A stretch of DNA of 64,000 nucleotides from an uncultured Fibrobacteria bacterium. Lineage in GTDB: Bacteria; Fibrobacterota; Fibrobacteria; UBA11236. Positions 9,697 through 20,191 of this stretch are shown here, in pieces (within the stretch, counting starts at the first letter, position 1; each line of letters starts with the position of its first letter). Position numbers and translations under genes: made by a program. The stretch lies in the NCBI GenBank assembly GCA_963716395.1, contig OY970309.1, positions 2,112,001-2,176,000 on the forward strand, read 5' to 3'. The notes beneath the pieces were generated by a model. The model had not been told where the DNA came from. It ran no database searches and saw only the letters and a program-made list of their open reading frames with translations.

Positions 9697-10541
9697 ATCG
9701 GATTTTCAGCCCGACGGAGCGGCCCCAAGCGCCGGAACAGTTCCGCGAATTGCGGCACCGACACGTCTTCGGCGCGCGCATCGGCGCGCGCTCCCGCCGT
9801 CTGCAAAGCGGCGGACGTTTCGGCCCGCGGGAAAAAAGGCTGCAGGGCATTCGCCAGCTTTTTGCGGCGCTGGGAAAAGGCCACATCGAGAAAGGCCGGG
9901 AATTGCGCCTCGCCGCATACGGGTTCGGAGCGCGGCGTCAACCGCACCGTGGCCGACCACACCTTGGGCCGCGGCCGGTACGCTTCGGGCCCGATGCGGC
10001 GCAACAGCTCGGTCTCGGCCCAGTTTTGCACCAAGGCGCTCAAGAAGCCGAAGTCGCGCGTATGCGGCGCGGCGCACAGGCGCCGCCCCACTTCGTATTG
10101 CACCATCACCTGCGCCCCGCGGCTTTGGCGCAGATGGGGCAGCAGCCCGATGAGAATGGGAGCGGCGCGGTTGTAGGGCAGGTTGCCGACGATCCAGGGC
10201 TTTCCGCCCGGGGTCGCCGCCCGCGCCAGCAGGGCGGTCCAATCGGCGCGCACGGCGTCGGCCTGCACGACCTCCACGTGATCTCCGAGGTTACCGTCGC
10301 CCAGACGTTTCACCCACTTGGGATCGATTTCGACGGCCACCAGCTTGCGGCAGCGCGGTGCGAGCCGCCGCGTCAGGGCGCCTTGCCCTGGCCCGATTTC
10401 CAGAATCCCGTCTTCGGCCGAGGCCGGCACATCGTCGCACACCATGCGGATGACGCCTTCGTCGACGAGAAAATTCTGTCCGAATTTCCATTGGGCGCGA
10501 CGGTCGCCGTCTTTTTCGGCACGGGGCGGAGAGGTTTTCAT
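9657..10541 (-). CDS. rsmA: 16S rRNA adenine dimethyltransferase KsgA/RsmA
   Basis: FGQNFLVD, LEIGPGQGALT, GNLPYN, FSQRRKKLANAL. Confidence 0.95.
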   Translation of the reverse strand: MKTSPPRAEKDGDRRAQWKFGQNFLVDEGVIRMVCDDVPASAEDGILEIGPGQGALTRRLAPRCRKLVAVEIDPKWVKRLGDGNLGDHVEVVQADAVRADWTALLARAATPGGKPWIVGNLPYNRAAPILIGLLPHLRQSRGAQVMVQYEVGRRLCAAPHTRDFGFLSALVQNWAETELLRRIGPEAYRPRPKVWSATVRLTPRSEPVCGEAQFPAFLDVAFSQRRKKLANALQPFFPRAETSAALQTAGARADARAEDVSVPQFAELFRRLGPLRRAENPIQRASEAAAGAVI

Positions 10542-10612
10542 CTTGCGGCAAAGGTAGCTTGGCCCTTCGCGGCCTCCGGGGTTTTTAACATTGGGGTTTC
10601 TCCGGAGGTGCG

Positions 10613-11074
10613 ATGATGTATCCCGTTTTGTTGATTCTGCATTTCATCGGGCTGGCCATGGGTGTGGGCGCCAGCTTCGCCATGCTGGCCTTGGGCCTGG
10701 CCAGCAAGGGCATGCCGCAGGCCGAACGCGCCGCTTTTCTGCTTCGGGCTTCGGCGGTGAGCAAGAACGGCAGCATCGGGCTGCTGCTCTTGATCCTTTC
10801 CGGCGCCGGCATGATGGCGGTGGCGGGCCCCCAAGCGGTGATGGCCTGGGGCGGCGGCTGGTTTCACGCCAAACTGGTCGGCGTGGTGGTTCTGGCCGGA
10901 TGGATCGGGACCATGCAGGTGGTGCTGAAAAAGGCCAAGGCCGCGCAGGGCGGGCCGGGCCTAAAATTGCTCCCCAAATTGGGGATGATCGGGCTTGTGC
11001 TCAGCCTGGCCATCGTGGTGTTCGCAGTGCTGGCCTTTGCTCCCCACCTCGCGGATTCGGTTCACACTCCGTAA
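10613..11074 (+). CDS. Four-TM membrane protein of unknown function
   Basis: GGAGG RBS; four hydrophobic segments; LILHFIG and WFHAKL motifs resemble the CopD/DUF2269-like superfamily. Confidence 0.65.
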   Translation: MMYPVLLILHFIGLAMGVGASFAMLALGLASKGMPQAERAAFLLRASAVSKNGSIGLLLLILSGAGMMAVAGPQAVMAWGGGWFHAKLVGVVVLAGWIGTMQVVLKKAKAAQGGPGLKLLPKLGMIGLVLSLAIVVFAVLAFAPHLADSVHTP

Positions 11075-12090
11075 TATTCGCGATACCAGTCCACGAAACG
11101 CGCCACTCCCGCTTCCACCGGCGTGGCGGGCTGGAAGCCCGTGTCGCGTATGAGGTCCTCGACGTCGGCCATGGTGTCGGGCACGTCGCCGGGCTGCAAC
11201 GGCAGCAAATTCATTTCGGCCTTTTTGCCGAGTTTATCTTCGAGCATGCGGATGTAGTCGAGCAATTCCACCGGCCGGTTGTTGCCGATGTTGTAAAGGC
11301 GGAAAGGCGCGGCGCTGGTGGCCGGATCCGGAGCGTTGCCGTTCCAATCGGGGTCGGGCTGCGCGGGGCGCAGGGCCGTGCGGTATACGCCCTCGGCGAT
11401 GTCGTCGACATAGGTGAAATCGCGCTTGTGGCGGCCATGGTTGTAAACGTCGATGGGCTTGCCCGCCAGAATGTTTTGGGTGAATTTGAACAGGGCCATG
11501 TCGGGCCGGCCCCAGGGCCCGTACACGGTGAAAAAGCGCAGGCCGGTGGTGGGGATGGCGAAGAGATGACTGTAGGTATGCGCCATCATTTCATTGGCTT
11601 TTTTGGTGGCGGCGTACAGCGTCAGCGGATGGTTCGCACCTTCGTGGATGGAGAAAGGCATGTGCGTGTTGGCCCCGTAGACCGAACTGGTGGAGGCGTA
11701 GGTGAGGTGCCGCACGGAATGGCGGCGGCAGGCTTCGAGCACGTTCAGAAACCCCACCACGTTGGCGTCGACATAGGCGCGCGGGTTTTCCAGGCTGTAG
11801 CGCACGCCGGCCTGGGCCGCGAGATGCACCACGGTTTTGGGTTGTATGGCGGCAAAGGCCCGCTCCACGGCTTCGGTGTCCGCGAGGTCCGAGCGGAAAA
11901 GGGAAAAGCCCGCATGCCGTTGCAACTGTGCGAGCCGCGCTTCTTTGAGCTTGGGATCGTAATACGCGTTCACGTTGTCGAATCCCGCCACGACATGACC
12001 GCGCTCGAGGCAGAGCCGGGACAGATGAAATCCGATGAAGCCGGCGGCGCCGGTGATCAGCCAGGGAGGTTCGATGGCGCCGCCGCTCAT
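11062..12090 (-). CDS. NAD-dependent epimerase, UDP-glucuronate 4-epimerase-like
   Basis: [42 protein letters not shown]. Confidence 0.92.
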   Translation of the reverse strand: MSGGAIEPPWLITGAAGFIGFHLSRLCLERGHVVAGFDNVNAYYDPKLKEARLAQLQRHAGFSLFRSDLADTEAVERAFAAIQPKTVVHLAAQAGVRYSLENPRAYVDANVVGFLNVLEACRRHSVRHLTYASTSSVYGANTHMPFSIHEGANHPLTLYAATKKANEMMAHTYSHLFAIPTTGLRFFTVYGPWGRPDMALFKFTQNILAGKPIDVYNHGRHKRDFTYVDDIAEGVYRTALRPAQPDPDWNGNAPDPATSAAPFRLYNIGNNRPVELLDYIRMLEDKLGKKAEMNLLPLQPGDVPDTMADVEDLIRDTGFQPATPVEAGVARFVDWYREYYGV

Positions 12091-12312
12091 GTTTGCGGCC
12101 CGCCTCGGAGCGTTTCCAGCGGAGTAAAATAGGGGGTGGCGTGGAACATGGGGGGATTGCCGGGGCGGAATAGGCACATCAAAGCGGGCCAAAGTTTACA
12201 AAAATCCGGGTTTTTTTTGTGCGAATAAATGGCGTCGAAAAAAGGCTTGGGCCGCGAGTTATATTTTCGTTCGGCTTCCCTCGCAGTCGGGCGGATTTCC
12301 AGCCAAGCAAGT

Positions 12313-13419
12313 ATGCCTTCTCCTACGCCCGAAATGGTGTTGTCCGCATTGCGGCAAGTGCGCGACCCCGATCTGCACCGCGACATCGTGGAGTTGGGCT
12401 TTGTCAAGAACCTCGTCATCGAAGACGGCGCCGTGCGCCTCGACGTCGAATTGACCACGCCGGCCTGTCCCGTGAAAGACGAATTGAAGCGGCAAAGCGA
12501 AGAAGCGGTGCGCATGCTCCCCGGCGTGCGCAGCGTCGCGGTGAATTTGACCGCGCAGCCGATGCGGCCGGCGGGCGGCAAACGCACCGAGCTGTTGCAA
12601 CAGGTGCGCCACCTGGTGGCCGTGGCCTCGGGCAAAGGCGGGGTGGGTAAAAGTACCGCCACCGCCAACCTCGCCCTGGCGCTGGCCCGCACCGGCGCCA
12701 AGGTGGGCATACTCGACGCCGACATTTACGGGCCCTCGATGAGTCTCATGTTCGGCGTGACGGAAACGCCGGTGATTAACGAAGCGAAAAAGCTGGTGCC
12801 GGTGACGGTGCAGGGTATCAAAGTGGTTTCGATGGCCATGTTCTCCGACGATGAGAAGCCGGTGATTTGGCGCGGCCCCATGGTTTCGCAGATGGTGCAG
12901 AATTTCGTGCACAACGTGGTGTGGGGTGAACTGGACTACCTGCTCATCGACATGCCGCCCGGCACCGGCGACGTGCAGTTGACCCTCACCCAGAGCGCGC
13001 CCATTTCCGGCGGCGTCATCCTCACCACGCCCCAGGACGTCAGCGTGCTGGACGCCAAAAAAGGGTTGAAGATGTTCCAGCGCGTATCGGTGCCGGTGCT
13101 GGGCATCATCGAGAACATGAGTTGGTTCGAATGCGACCAATGCCACAAGCGCCATTACATCTTTCGTCACGGCGGCGGACGCCGCATCGCCGCCTCGCTG
13201 GGGGTGCCGTTTCTGGGTGAAATTCCCATCGACCCCGAAGTCGCCGAAGGCGGCGACGCCGGTACGCCCATCGTCGCTCGCCGTCCCGAATCGGTCGTCG
13301 CAGGTGCCTATCGAACCATCGCCGGCGTCATCGCCTCTTCGCTCTCCATCCTCACCGCCACGGCCGGTGACGTGTTGGGTGAATTCGATTTGAAATGGGA
13401 GGAACTGCCCGAGTTATGA
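12313..13419 (+). CDS. mrp: Mrp/ApbC/NBP35 Fe-S cluster carrier ATPase with N-terminal DUF59
   Basis: DPDLHRDIVELG and TTPACP (DUF59); SGKGGVGKST, WRGPM, DMPPGTGD, ENMSWFECDQC. Confidence 0.92.
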   Translation: MPSPTPEMVLSALRQVRDPDLHRDIVELGFVKNLVIEDGAVRLDVELTTPACPVKDELKRQSEEAVRMLPGVRSVAVNLTAQPMRPAGGKRTELLQQVRHLVAVASGKGGVGKSTATANLALALARTGAKVGILDADIYGPSMSLMFGVTETPVINEAKKLVPVTVQGIKVVSMAMFSDDEKPVIWRGPMVSQMVQNFVHNVVWGELDYLLIDMPPGTGDVQLTLTQSAPISGGVILTTPQDVSVLDAKKGLKMFQRVSVPVLGIIENMSWFECDQCHKRHYIFRHGGGRRIAASLGVPFLGEIPIDPEVAEGGDAGTPIVARRPESVVAGAYRTIAGVIASSLSILTATAGDVLGEFDLKWEELPEL

Positions 13420-13465
13420 AGACTTTGTTACACGGCGCGCGGCCCATCGCGGGGGATGGATTGAG

Positions 13466-13810
13466 ATGAGCCCGCTGCTCATGCCCACGGCCTTGGGAAA
13501 AACCGCGCAGGGTTCGCTGGTGGTGCTGTGGAATGACGGCCACCGCTCCGAATTCGCTCCCCGGCCGCTGCGCCTGCATTGCCCCTGCGCCGCCTGCGTC
13601 AATGAATGGAGCGGCGAAAAAATGCTGAATGACGCGTCGGTGCCGCAGCAGATCCGGCCTTTACGTTTTTTTTCCGTGGGACGCTATGCCATGGGCATAC
13701 AATGGAGCGACGGACATGCCACGGGGATATTCAGTTACGACTATTTGCGCCGGCTTGACGAGGGCGATGTCTTAGGAGGAGAACACGCCGCAGGTGCGGC
13801 AAAGCCGTAA
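13466..13810 (+). CDS. DUF971 (GBBH-like N-terminal) protein
   Basis: WNDGH..LRLHCPCAAC...VGRYAMGIQWSDGHATGIFSYDYL. Confidence 0.88.
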   Translation: MSPLLMPTALGKTAQGSLVVLWNDGHRSEFAPRPLRLHCPCAACVNEWSGEKMLNDASVPQQIRPLRFFSVGRYAMGIQWSDGHATGIFSYDYLRRLDEGDVLGGEHAAGAAKP

Positions 13811-13872
13811 TTCAGAAGCATTGGTGAAAAAAATACGGGGAGTTTAACTTTCCCGGGGAAGGGCATGCTGCC

Positions 13873-14706
13873 GTGGTGGATCCGAATGTACAGCTTTATT
13901 TCCGCGACCTGTACCGGCATCGACTGATTACGCCGGAAGAGGAAAAGGAGCTTGTACAACGCGTCAAGCAGGGCGATGATCGGGCGGCCCTGAACCGCCT
14001 GATTCTCGGCAATCTGCGTTTCGTGGTTTCCATTGCGCGGCGTTATCAGGGCAAGGGCCTACCCCTGCTTGAGCTCATCAACGAAGGCAATCTCGGCCTG
14101 TACAAGGCCGCCAAGCGCTACGATCCTTCGCGCGAAGTCAAGTTCATCTCGTACGCGATCTGGTGGATTCGCCAATCGATTCAAAAGGCGCTGTTCGAAC
14201 AGGTGGGCGCCGTGCGTATTCCGCCCAACAAACTGGCTTTGGTGAACCGCTTCAAGAAGGCGCTGATTCAAAACGGCGGCGACTACGGGAAAACCATTTC
14301 GCTGCCCGATTTCAAGGAAAGCGAAAAAGAAATCGCCGAAATCATGGAGAAGATCGCCGACGTGTCTCTCAACGCGCCCATCGGTTCCGATGCGGATGGC
14401 CGCGATCCCGTGACCACGCTCATGGATGTGCTGGGCAGCGAAGGCAGCCAGGAGCCCGACAGCGAAAAGGCCGAACTTTCGCGCATCATCGATTCGGTGC
14501 TGGGTCAGATGTCGGAACGCGAGGAAAAAGTGCTGCGCATGTATTACGGCATCAATTATTCCCGCGAGTTCACCTTGGACGAAATCGGAAAGAAGTTGAA
14601 GCTGACCCGCGAGCGCGTACGCCAAATCAAAAACAAATCCCTGCGCAAGCTGCTGCGCTCCAAAGAATCCAAGGACAAGCTGCTTCCTTTCGTCAGCGAG
14701 GAATGA
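13873..14706 (+). CDS. RNA polymerase sigma70 factor, RpoD/SigA family without region 1.1
   Basis: NLRFVVSIARRY, LINEGNLGL, KFISYAIWWIRQSI, TLDEIG...LTRERVRQI. Confidence 0.92.
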   Translation: MVDPNVQLYFRDLYRHRLITPEEEKELVQRVKQGDDRAALNRLILGNLRFVVSIARRYQGKGLPLLELINEGNLGLYKAAKRYDPSREVKFISYAIWWIRQSIQKALFEQVGAVRIPPNKLALVNRFKKALIQNGGDYGKTISLPDFKESEKEIAEIMEKIADVSLNAPIGSDADGRDPVTTLMDVLGSEGSQEPDSEKAELSRIIDSVLGQMSEREEKVLRMYYGINYSREFTLDEIGKKLKLTRERVRQIKNKSLRKLLRSKESKDKLLPFVSEE

Positions 14707-14819
14707 GAAAATCCCGTCGATGCCACCGACCGGCTTTCGGGGCGGCGGAACGCGCGGAGGACGCCTTGGCTTCGGTGTTTACCTTTGCCCGCCGTACCCT
14801 GCCAGGCTGAGCGCCTGCG

Positions 14820-16613
14820 ATGGCCATGAGCTTCCCCCAACCCCGTCCACCTGCGAAGCCCCAGGACAAAGCCCGTAAGACACGGAAGATGTGGATGGCG
14901 GCGGCCATTGTCGTCGTCGTGGTGATCCTGACCGCCGTGTCGGCCGGGCGGATTTTATTCACCCATCCCGCCCCGCTGCGCATCGATCCCTTCGGGCTCG
15001 GCCCCGAGGCGGTGATCGCGCCCGGCGCACCCTTCGACAACCGCCCCGAAGTGCGGGCCTTGCCTGTGGCGGTAAGGGGCCGCTTTCTGGCCGCCGAAGC
15101 CGCGCAAGCAGATGGTCGCGACTCGACCGGCGATTCGGTATGGACCTTGCTTCGATCCGCGGCGGATTTTCCTGTGACCCGCGTCCGCGCGATCTTGGCC
15201 CAGCTCGGCTGGAAGCCGGTCGAGGATTCCCTGGCCGCCACGCCGGCAGCGCGGGCGGCGCTCGATTCGGCCCTGGTGCGCTGGCCGGCGCACCCGCTGC
15301 TGCTGTACTTACGCGGTCGCCTCTTACAGGCCGCGGGCCGGGCGGATTCGGCCGAGGCCGACTACCGCCGCGCCGAAAAATTGTCGCCCCGGTTCGCCTT
15401 TCCCCATGTTCGCCTGGGCGAAGGGGATTATCGGCGCGGCGACTGGAAGCAGGCCGAAACCGAATTCCGCACCGCCTTTTCGTTGTGGAAAACCGACCCG
15501 GGCGCCTATACCGGCCGCTTCGGCGCAGTTCCCGGCCTGGACCATCGGCCCTTCGCCGGCTTGGCGCAATTGTTTTTCCAGCGGGGCCACACCGACAGCG
15601 CCCAATTGGTTTTGGACTATGCCGCGCAAAGCGGCGCCGCCGGCCCCGAACTCGACTTCCTGCGCGCCCGCATCGACGAGGAACGCGATCAATTGACCGA
15701 AGCCGATTCCATTTACCGCGCGCTGGCGGCGGAGTACCCGCAACGTGCGCGTTACGCTGAAGCCGCGGCCACGGTGGGGCTCAAGCCGCCGCGTGGCGCT
15801 TTGGGGCCGTCGGCCCATGCCTCGGCCGTGTTCGCGATTTCGCTGCTGCAACCTTTGACGCTACGCTTTCCCCAAGACGCGGCGCTGCGGCTGGCCCTGG
15901 GTCAGGCCTATTTATACCGCGGCCTGCCGGCGTTGGCGGCGGCGGCGCTCGACACGGCCTTGCTCCTCGACGGTTCGCTGGCCGAGGCGCGCCCCTTGCG
16001 CGATGCGGCTTATCGCGCGTGGCGGGAGTCCCCGGGCTTCGCGGCCGATACCGCCCCGGCGCCCCAGACGGCCGCCGCGGCGCCCCGGAGCGATTCGGAG
16101 GCGGATGACGACGGCGTCGTCCAGGTGATCGTTCCCGGCAGCACGGCCTTGCTCGGCACCTATGACGTGGCGTGGGGCTCCACGCCGGAAGACGTGCGCC
16201 GCGCCTACCCGAACAAGGTCTTTACCGTGCTGCCCAACGGCGATTTGCGCGAAATCTTTTCGCAAAACGGCCGGCTGCACGATTATTTGCTGGCCTTCAA
16301 GCAGGGCATGCTGTGGGGCGTTTACGTGCGTGTCACCGACACCACGCGATCCGGGTCGGATCTTTTCGGCGAGGTCTTGCAGCTCAAGTCGAAGATTTCC
16401 GGTGTGGGCAAGGGCACGGGCGAGACCACCTGTCCCGATGGCCGCACCTTTCAGGGGGTGATTTGGGAGAATGACGACACTTTCGAATTCCTGGCGCAGT
16501 TCAACGGCCATGACAATCAGGTGCGGTTGGCGCGCCTGGCGGAATCGCAACTGCCCGGAAACCACCGCGTCTGCGACGTGGCGCACTATCTCGATCCCGC
16601 CGCCTGGCGGTGA
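14820..16613 (+). CDS. Membrane-anchored TPR-repeat protein
   Basis: N-terminal TM helix; TPR-like units (AEADYRRAEKLSP, LALGQAYLYRG); uncharacterised C-terminal domain. Confidence 0.7.
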   Translation: MAMSFPQPRPPAKPQDKARKTRKMWMAAAIVVVVVILTAVSAGRILFTHPAPLRIDPFGLGPEAVIAPGAPFDNRPEVRALPVAVRGRFLAAEAAQADGRDSTGDSVWTLLRSAADFPVTRVRAILAQLGWKPVEDSLAATPAARAALDSALVRWPAHPLLLYLRGRLLQAAGRADSAEADYRRAEKLSPRFAFPHVRLGEGDYRRGDWKQAETEFRTAFSLWKTDPGAYTGRFGAVPGLDHRPFAGLAQLFFQRGHTDSAQLVLDYAAQSGAAGPELDFLRARIDEERDQLTEADSIYRALAAEYPQRARYAEAAATVGLKPPRGALGPSAHASAVFAISLLQPLTLRFPQDAALRLALGQAYLYRGLPALAAAALDTALLLDGSLAEARPLRDAAYRAWRESPGFAADTAPAPQTAAAAPRSDSEADDDGVVQVIVPGSTALLGTYDVAWGSTPEDVRRAYPNKVFTVLPNGDLREIFSQNGRLHDYLLAFKQGMLWGVYVRVTDTTRSGSDLFGEVLQLKSKISGVGKGTGETTCPDGRTFQGVIWENDDTFEFLAQFNGHDNQVRLARLAESQLPGNHRVCDVAHYLDPAAWR

Positions 16614-16646
16614 ACGCAGTCCGGCCGCGAAACAAATACGTTCCGC

Positions 16647-16679
16647 AAAACAAGAAAGGCCGTTCCCGCGGGAACGGCC
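16647..16679 (-). terminator. Intrinsic terminator of sod
   Basis: GGCCGTTCCC-GC-GGGAACGGCC inverted repeat followed on the minus strand by TTTCTTGTTTT. Confidence 0.7.
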
Positions 16680-16703
16680 GAAATAAAATGCCGGCGTGCG
16701 GAG

Positions 16704-17309
16704 TTATTTCGCCAACAGCGCGTTGACTTCGTCCCAGTTCACCACGTTCCACCAGGTGTCGACCCATTCGGCGCGGCGGTTCTGGAACTTCAGGTAATAG
16801 GCGTGTTCCCACACGTCGATGACCAGCAGCGGCTTGAGCCCCTGGCTCACCGGGCATTCCTGGTTGGCGAAGTTCTGGATTTCGATTTTTCCCGCGGGCG
16901 TGGCCACGAGAAAAGTCCAACCCGATCCGAACATGGCCAGCGCCGACTCCTTCCACTTGACCTTGAAGGCGTCGAAGCCGCCGAAGGTCGAGGTGATGGC
17001 GTCGCCGATTTTTCCCGCGGGTGCGCCACCCTTTTTGGGGCCCATGATTTTCCAGAACAGGCTGTGGTTGTAATGCCCGCCGCCGTTGTTGATGACCTTG
17101 CGGCGGATGGATTCGGGAATGGCGTTGAGATCGGCGAGCAGCGCGTCGATGGTTTTGGCTTGCAGCGCGGGCTGGCCTTCGAGGGCCGCGTTGACGTTAT
17201 TGACATAGGCCTGATGATGCTTTCCGTGGTGGATTTCCAGGGTGGCTTTGTCGTAGAACGGTTCCAGCGCATCGTAGGCGTAGGGCAGTTGGGGCAATGT
17301 GTATGCCAT
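16704..17309 (-). CDS. sodA: Superoxide dismutase, Fe/Mn family (Mn-type signature)
   Basis: LPYAYDALEP, HHGKHHQAY, NNGGGHYNH, FGSGW, ANQ, DVWEHAYY; AAGGAG RBS. Confidence 0.93.
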   Translation of the reverse strand: MAYTLPQLPYAYDALEPFYDKATLEIHHGKHHQAYVNNVNAALEGQPALQAKTIDALLADLNAIPESIRRKVINNGGGHYNHSLFWKIMGPKKGGAPAGKIGDAITSTFGGFDAFKVKWKESALAMFGSGWTFLVATPAGKIEIQNFANQECPVSQGLKPLLVIDVWEHAYYLKFQNRRAEWVDTWWNVVNWDEVNALLAK

Positions 17310-17395
17310 GGCGGACTCCTTGTCGTTGAACGTTGAGTTTTTGAATATAAGAACCTCTCCCCGGATTATTCCCGGCCTGCCGAGAACAGCGGGAT

Positions 17396-18718
17396 TCAAG
17401 TGGTGTCGCCGTTCCTCATCGGCTCCGGCGCGCGGCGCGTATAATCGCGGTAACCATTCCATCCGCGGGTGATGGCCACATGTCCGGCGAGAATGCCGGC
17501 CACCGCGCCCAGAATTTCGGTGACGTCGGCCGTGCGGCCGGGCAGGCGGCGTTGCAGGATTTCAATGACGGTGCTGAGCACCAGCGCCGTGGGCAGGCTG
17601 GCCAGCAAGGATCGGGCGCGGCCCGAAGCGAGGTAAGCCGTGATCACCCCGATACTGAAATAGGCCATGACGGCCTGCATGAAATCGGCCAGGGCCGCGA
17701 AGGAAGCGTGATGGTAATAGGGAAGAAAGGGAATGAAATTGAAATGCTTCGCGGTCACCGTGAAATGAAACGGATACAGTTCTTTCAGGCCGATGGCCGT
17801 GACGAATCCGGCCGTGAGCACGGCGATCCAGGCGCGGGGATGCCGGTGCAACGGCGGCAGAAAGGCGGCGCCGAAGCCGAGGCCCGCACCGAGCAGCAGC
17901 ACTACGGTGTCTTCGGGATCGGGCATGCGCGATTGAATCAGGAATTGCATCAATTGCAGCAGGAAGCCGATGGCGAAGGCTACGGCCGCGCCGGTGACGC
18001 GGCCTCCCGGTGCGCGCGCTTCGCGGAAGAGACGGCAGGAAAACAGGGTGAAACAGGCGTAACGCGAAAAGGCCAGCAAATCGTCGGACGAGGGTTTCAT
18101 GGACCAATGCCGTTCCAGCAGCAAGTGCCACTTATAGCCGATGGCGGTCCAATCAAGCGAGAAGTTGAAAGGCTCCCAGGCGCCGGCCAAGACCACTATG
18201 CCGAAGATCAAAGCGGGATAGGCGGCTTCGGCGTCGAGAAAGACGCGCAGGCCCGCATGCGTGCGCAGGTTTTTCAAACCCCGATCCAGCCGCGTGCCCG
18301 ACCAGACTCCCAGCGCCGTGCCCACCGTATTCCAGATCACGTCGCTTAAGGCCGTGAAGCGGCTGGGGGAAAAAATCTGCAGAGACTCGACCGTGATGCT
18401 CAGGCCGCAGCCCAGTGCCACCAGGGCGGCGTTTTTCCAGGCCGAGCGTTTGTCGGAAAGGGCCACATAGCCGAAGAGGCCGAAGGGCCAGAATAAAAGC
18501 ACGTTCTGGATGTAATCGAACCATTGGATGGCATAACCCGCGGGGTGGACCAGGGGAAACCAATCGATCTGCTGCAGACGCTGGTGCAGATACCCGGGGT
18601 CGAGGCGAAAGCGAAACGGCGTGGCCGTGCCGTACACGATGTAAAAGCCGCAAAACACCCACAACAGGCGCGCGAGGCTCTTGGGTTTGGGCGGGGATTC
18701 GAAGACGGCGGGCGGCAT
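17396..18718 (-). CDS. Multi-VanZ-domain membrane protein
   Basis: Repeated units such as NVLLFWPFG...VESLQIFSPSRFTALSDVIWNTVG and IEILQRRLPGRTADVTE. Start uncertain (18718 or 18754). Confidence 0.75.
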   Translation of the reverse strand: MPPAVFESPPKPKSLARLLWVFCGFYIVYGTATPFRFRLDPGYLHQRLQQIDWFPLVHPAGYAIQWFDYIQNVLLFWPFGLFGYVALSDKRSAWKNAALVALGCGLSITVESLQIFSPSRFTALSDVIWNTVGTALGVWSGTRLDRGLKNLRTHAGLRVFLDAEAAYPALIFGIVVLAGAWEPFNFSLDWTAIGYKWHLLLERHWSMKPSSDDLLAFSRYACFTLFSCRLFREARAPGGRVTGAAVAFAIGFLLQLMQFLIQSRMPDPEDTVVLLLGAGLGFGAAFLPPLHRHPRAWIAVLTAGFVTAIGLKELYPFHFTVTAKHFNFIPFLPYYHHASFAALADFMQAVMAYFSIGVITAYLASGRARSLLASLPTALVLSTVIEILQRRLPGRTADVTEILGAVAGILAGHVAITRGWNGYRDYTRRAPEPMRNGDTT

Positions 18719-18820
18719 CAGGCGGGCGGTGCAAAGGGCCTCAGTAACATACAAGATACCGGCTCGGGAACCCGGCTCGGGCCCTCTCCGCGGCGGGCGG
18801 ATCGAAGCCGAGAAAATCTT

Positions 18821-19999
18821 TCAAATCAGCGAATCGGGTACGTCGGCCCCTTCGTCGACGCCCGCGACCCCGAAGCCGAACAGGCGCAGAAAATCGGAAT
18901 AGTACCCGGCGCGGTCGGCCTGCGCCGGCAGGTTCTCCGAGGTCACCGTGCGCCACAGCGCCTGCACCTCGGCCTGCACGTCAGCGCGCATTTCCCAGTC
19001 GTCGAGCCGAATGCGCCGCTCGCTGTCGACGGGCACGGGGCTGCCGGCATACAGGCGCGTGCGGAACAGGCGGTTGATCTGCTCGATGCAGCCTTCGTGC
19101 AGACCTTTTTGTTTCATCACCTTGTACAGCACGCTGATGTACAGCGGCATGAAGGGAATGGCCGAACTGGCCTGGGTCACCAGGGCCTTGTTCACCGACA
19201 CATAGGCGTGGCCGCCGATGCGCGCCAGCTTCTCGGCCAAGCGGTGGGCGGTTTTCTCCAAATGGTCTTTGGCCGTGCCGATGGTGCCGTTGCGGTATAC
19301 CGGACGCGTGACTTCGGGACCGATATAGGAGTACGCCAGGGCCGTGGCCCCCGGCGCCAGCAGGTTTTCACGCAGCAGATAATCGACCCACATCTCCCAG
19401 TCTTCGCCGCCCATCACCTGCACGGTGCCCTCGACCTCCTCGGGGGTCGCGGCTTCCAGGGTGACGTCGCTCACCACGCCGGTGTTGACGTCGAGGGTTT
19501 TGTTGGTGTAGGAGCCGCCGATGGGTTTCAGCACGGAACGGTAGGTGATACCCGTGACGGGATGCACGCGCCGCGGGGCGGCCAAGCTGTAGACGAATAA
19601 ATCCACGGGGCCGAGATCGCGCTGCAAGACCGCGGCCGTTTCGGCTTTCAGCGCATCGGCGAAAGCATCGCCGTTCAGGCTGGCGGCATAGAGCCCGGCT
19701 TTGTGCGCCTCGGCTTCGAAGGCCCGCGTTTGATACCAGCCTGGCGACGCGGTGCGCCCCCGTTCCGAAGGGCGTTCGAAAGCCACGCCCAAGGTTCCGG
19801 CCCCGCAGCCGAAAGCCGCGGCGATGCGCGAGGCCAGGCCATAGCCGGTGGACGACCCGATCACCAAAGCCTTGCGCGCGCCGTCGCGTACCGGGCCCTC
19901 GCGCCGCACGTGGCGGATTTGTTCGGCCACCACGGCCGCGCAACCCACGGGATGGGCTGTCGTGCACAGAAAGCCGCGAATTTTCGGTTCGATTACCAT
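18821..19999 (-). CDS. fabV: Enoyl-ACP reductase FabV / trans-2-enoyl-CoA reductase
   Basis: RGFLCTTAHPVGC, GSSTGYGLASRI, YSLAAP, VMGGEDWEMW, KALVTQASSAIP. Confidence 0.95.
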   Translation of the reverse strand: MVIEPKIRGFLCTTAHPVGCAAVVAEQIRHVRREGPVRDGARKALVIGSSTGYGLASRIAAAFGCGAGTLGVAFERPSERGRTASPGWYQTRAFEAEAHKAGLYAASLNGDAFADALKAETAAVLQRDLGPVDLFVYSLAAPRRVHPVTGITYRSVLKPIGGSYTNKTLDVNTGVVSDVTLEAATPEEVEGTVQVMGGEDWEMWVDYLLRENLLAPGATALAYSYIGPEVTRPVYRNGTIGTAKDHLEKTAHRLAEKLARIGGHAYVSVNKALVTQASSAIPFMPLYISVLYKVMKQKGLHEGCIEQINRLFRTRLYAGSPVPVDSERRIRLDDWEMRADVQAEVQALWRTVTSENLPAQADRAGYYSDFLRLFGFGVAGVDEGADVPDSLI

Positions 20000-20191
20000 T
20001 TTGGGTCTCGGCGGCAAAAATTAGCTTCTTGTCGAATTTTGCGCGTTGCCGCGGCGAGGTAGGGACGGGATTCAGAAGGGAGATACCCAAAGATTATCTT
20101 TCCCGTAACCCGCCCCCGCGCGTCCGCCCAGCGCCGCACGGGAATGATCACGGGCCTCATCACGGGAATCTTCGCAGAGGGAAGCCAATCC

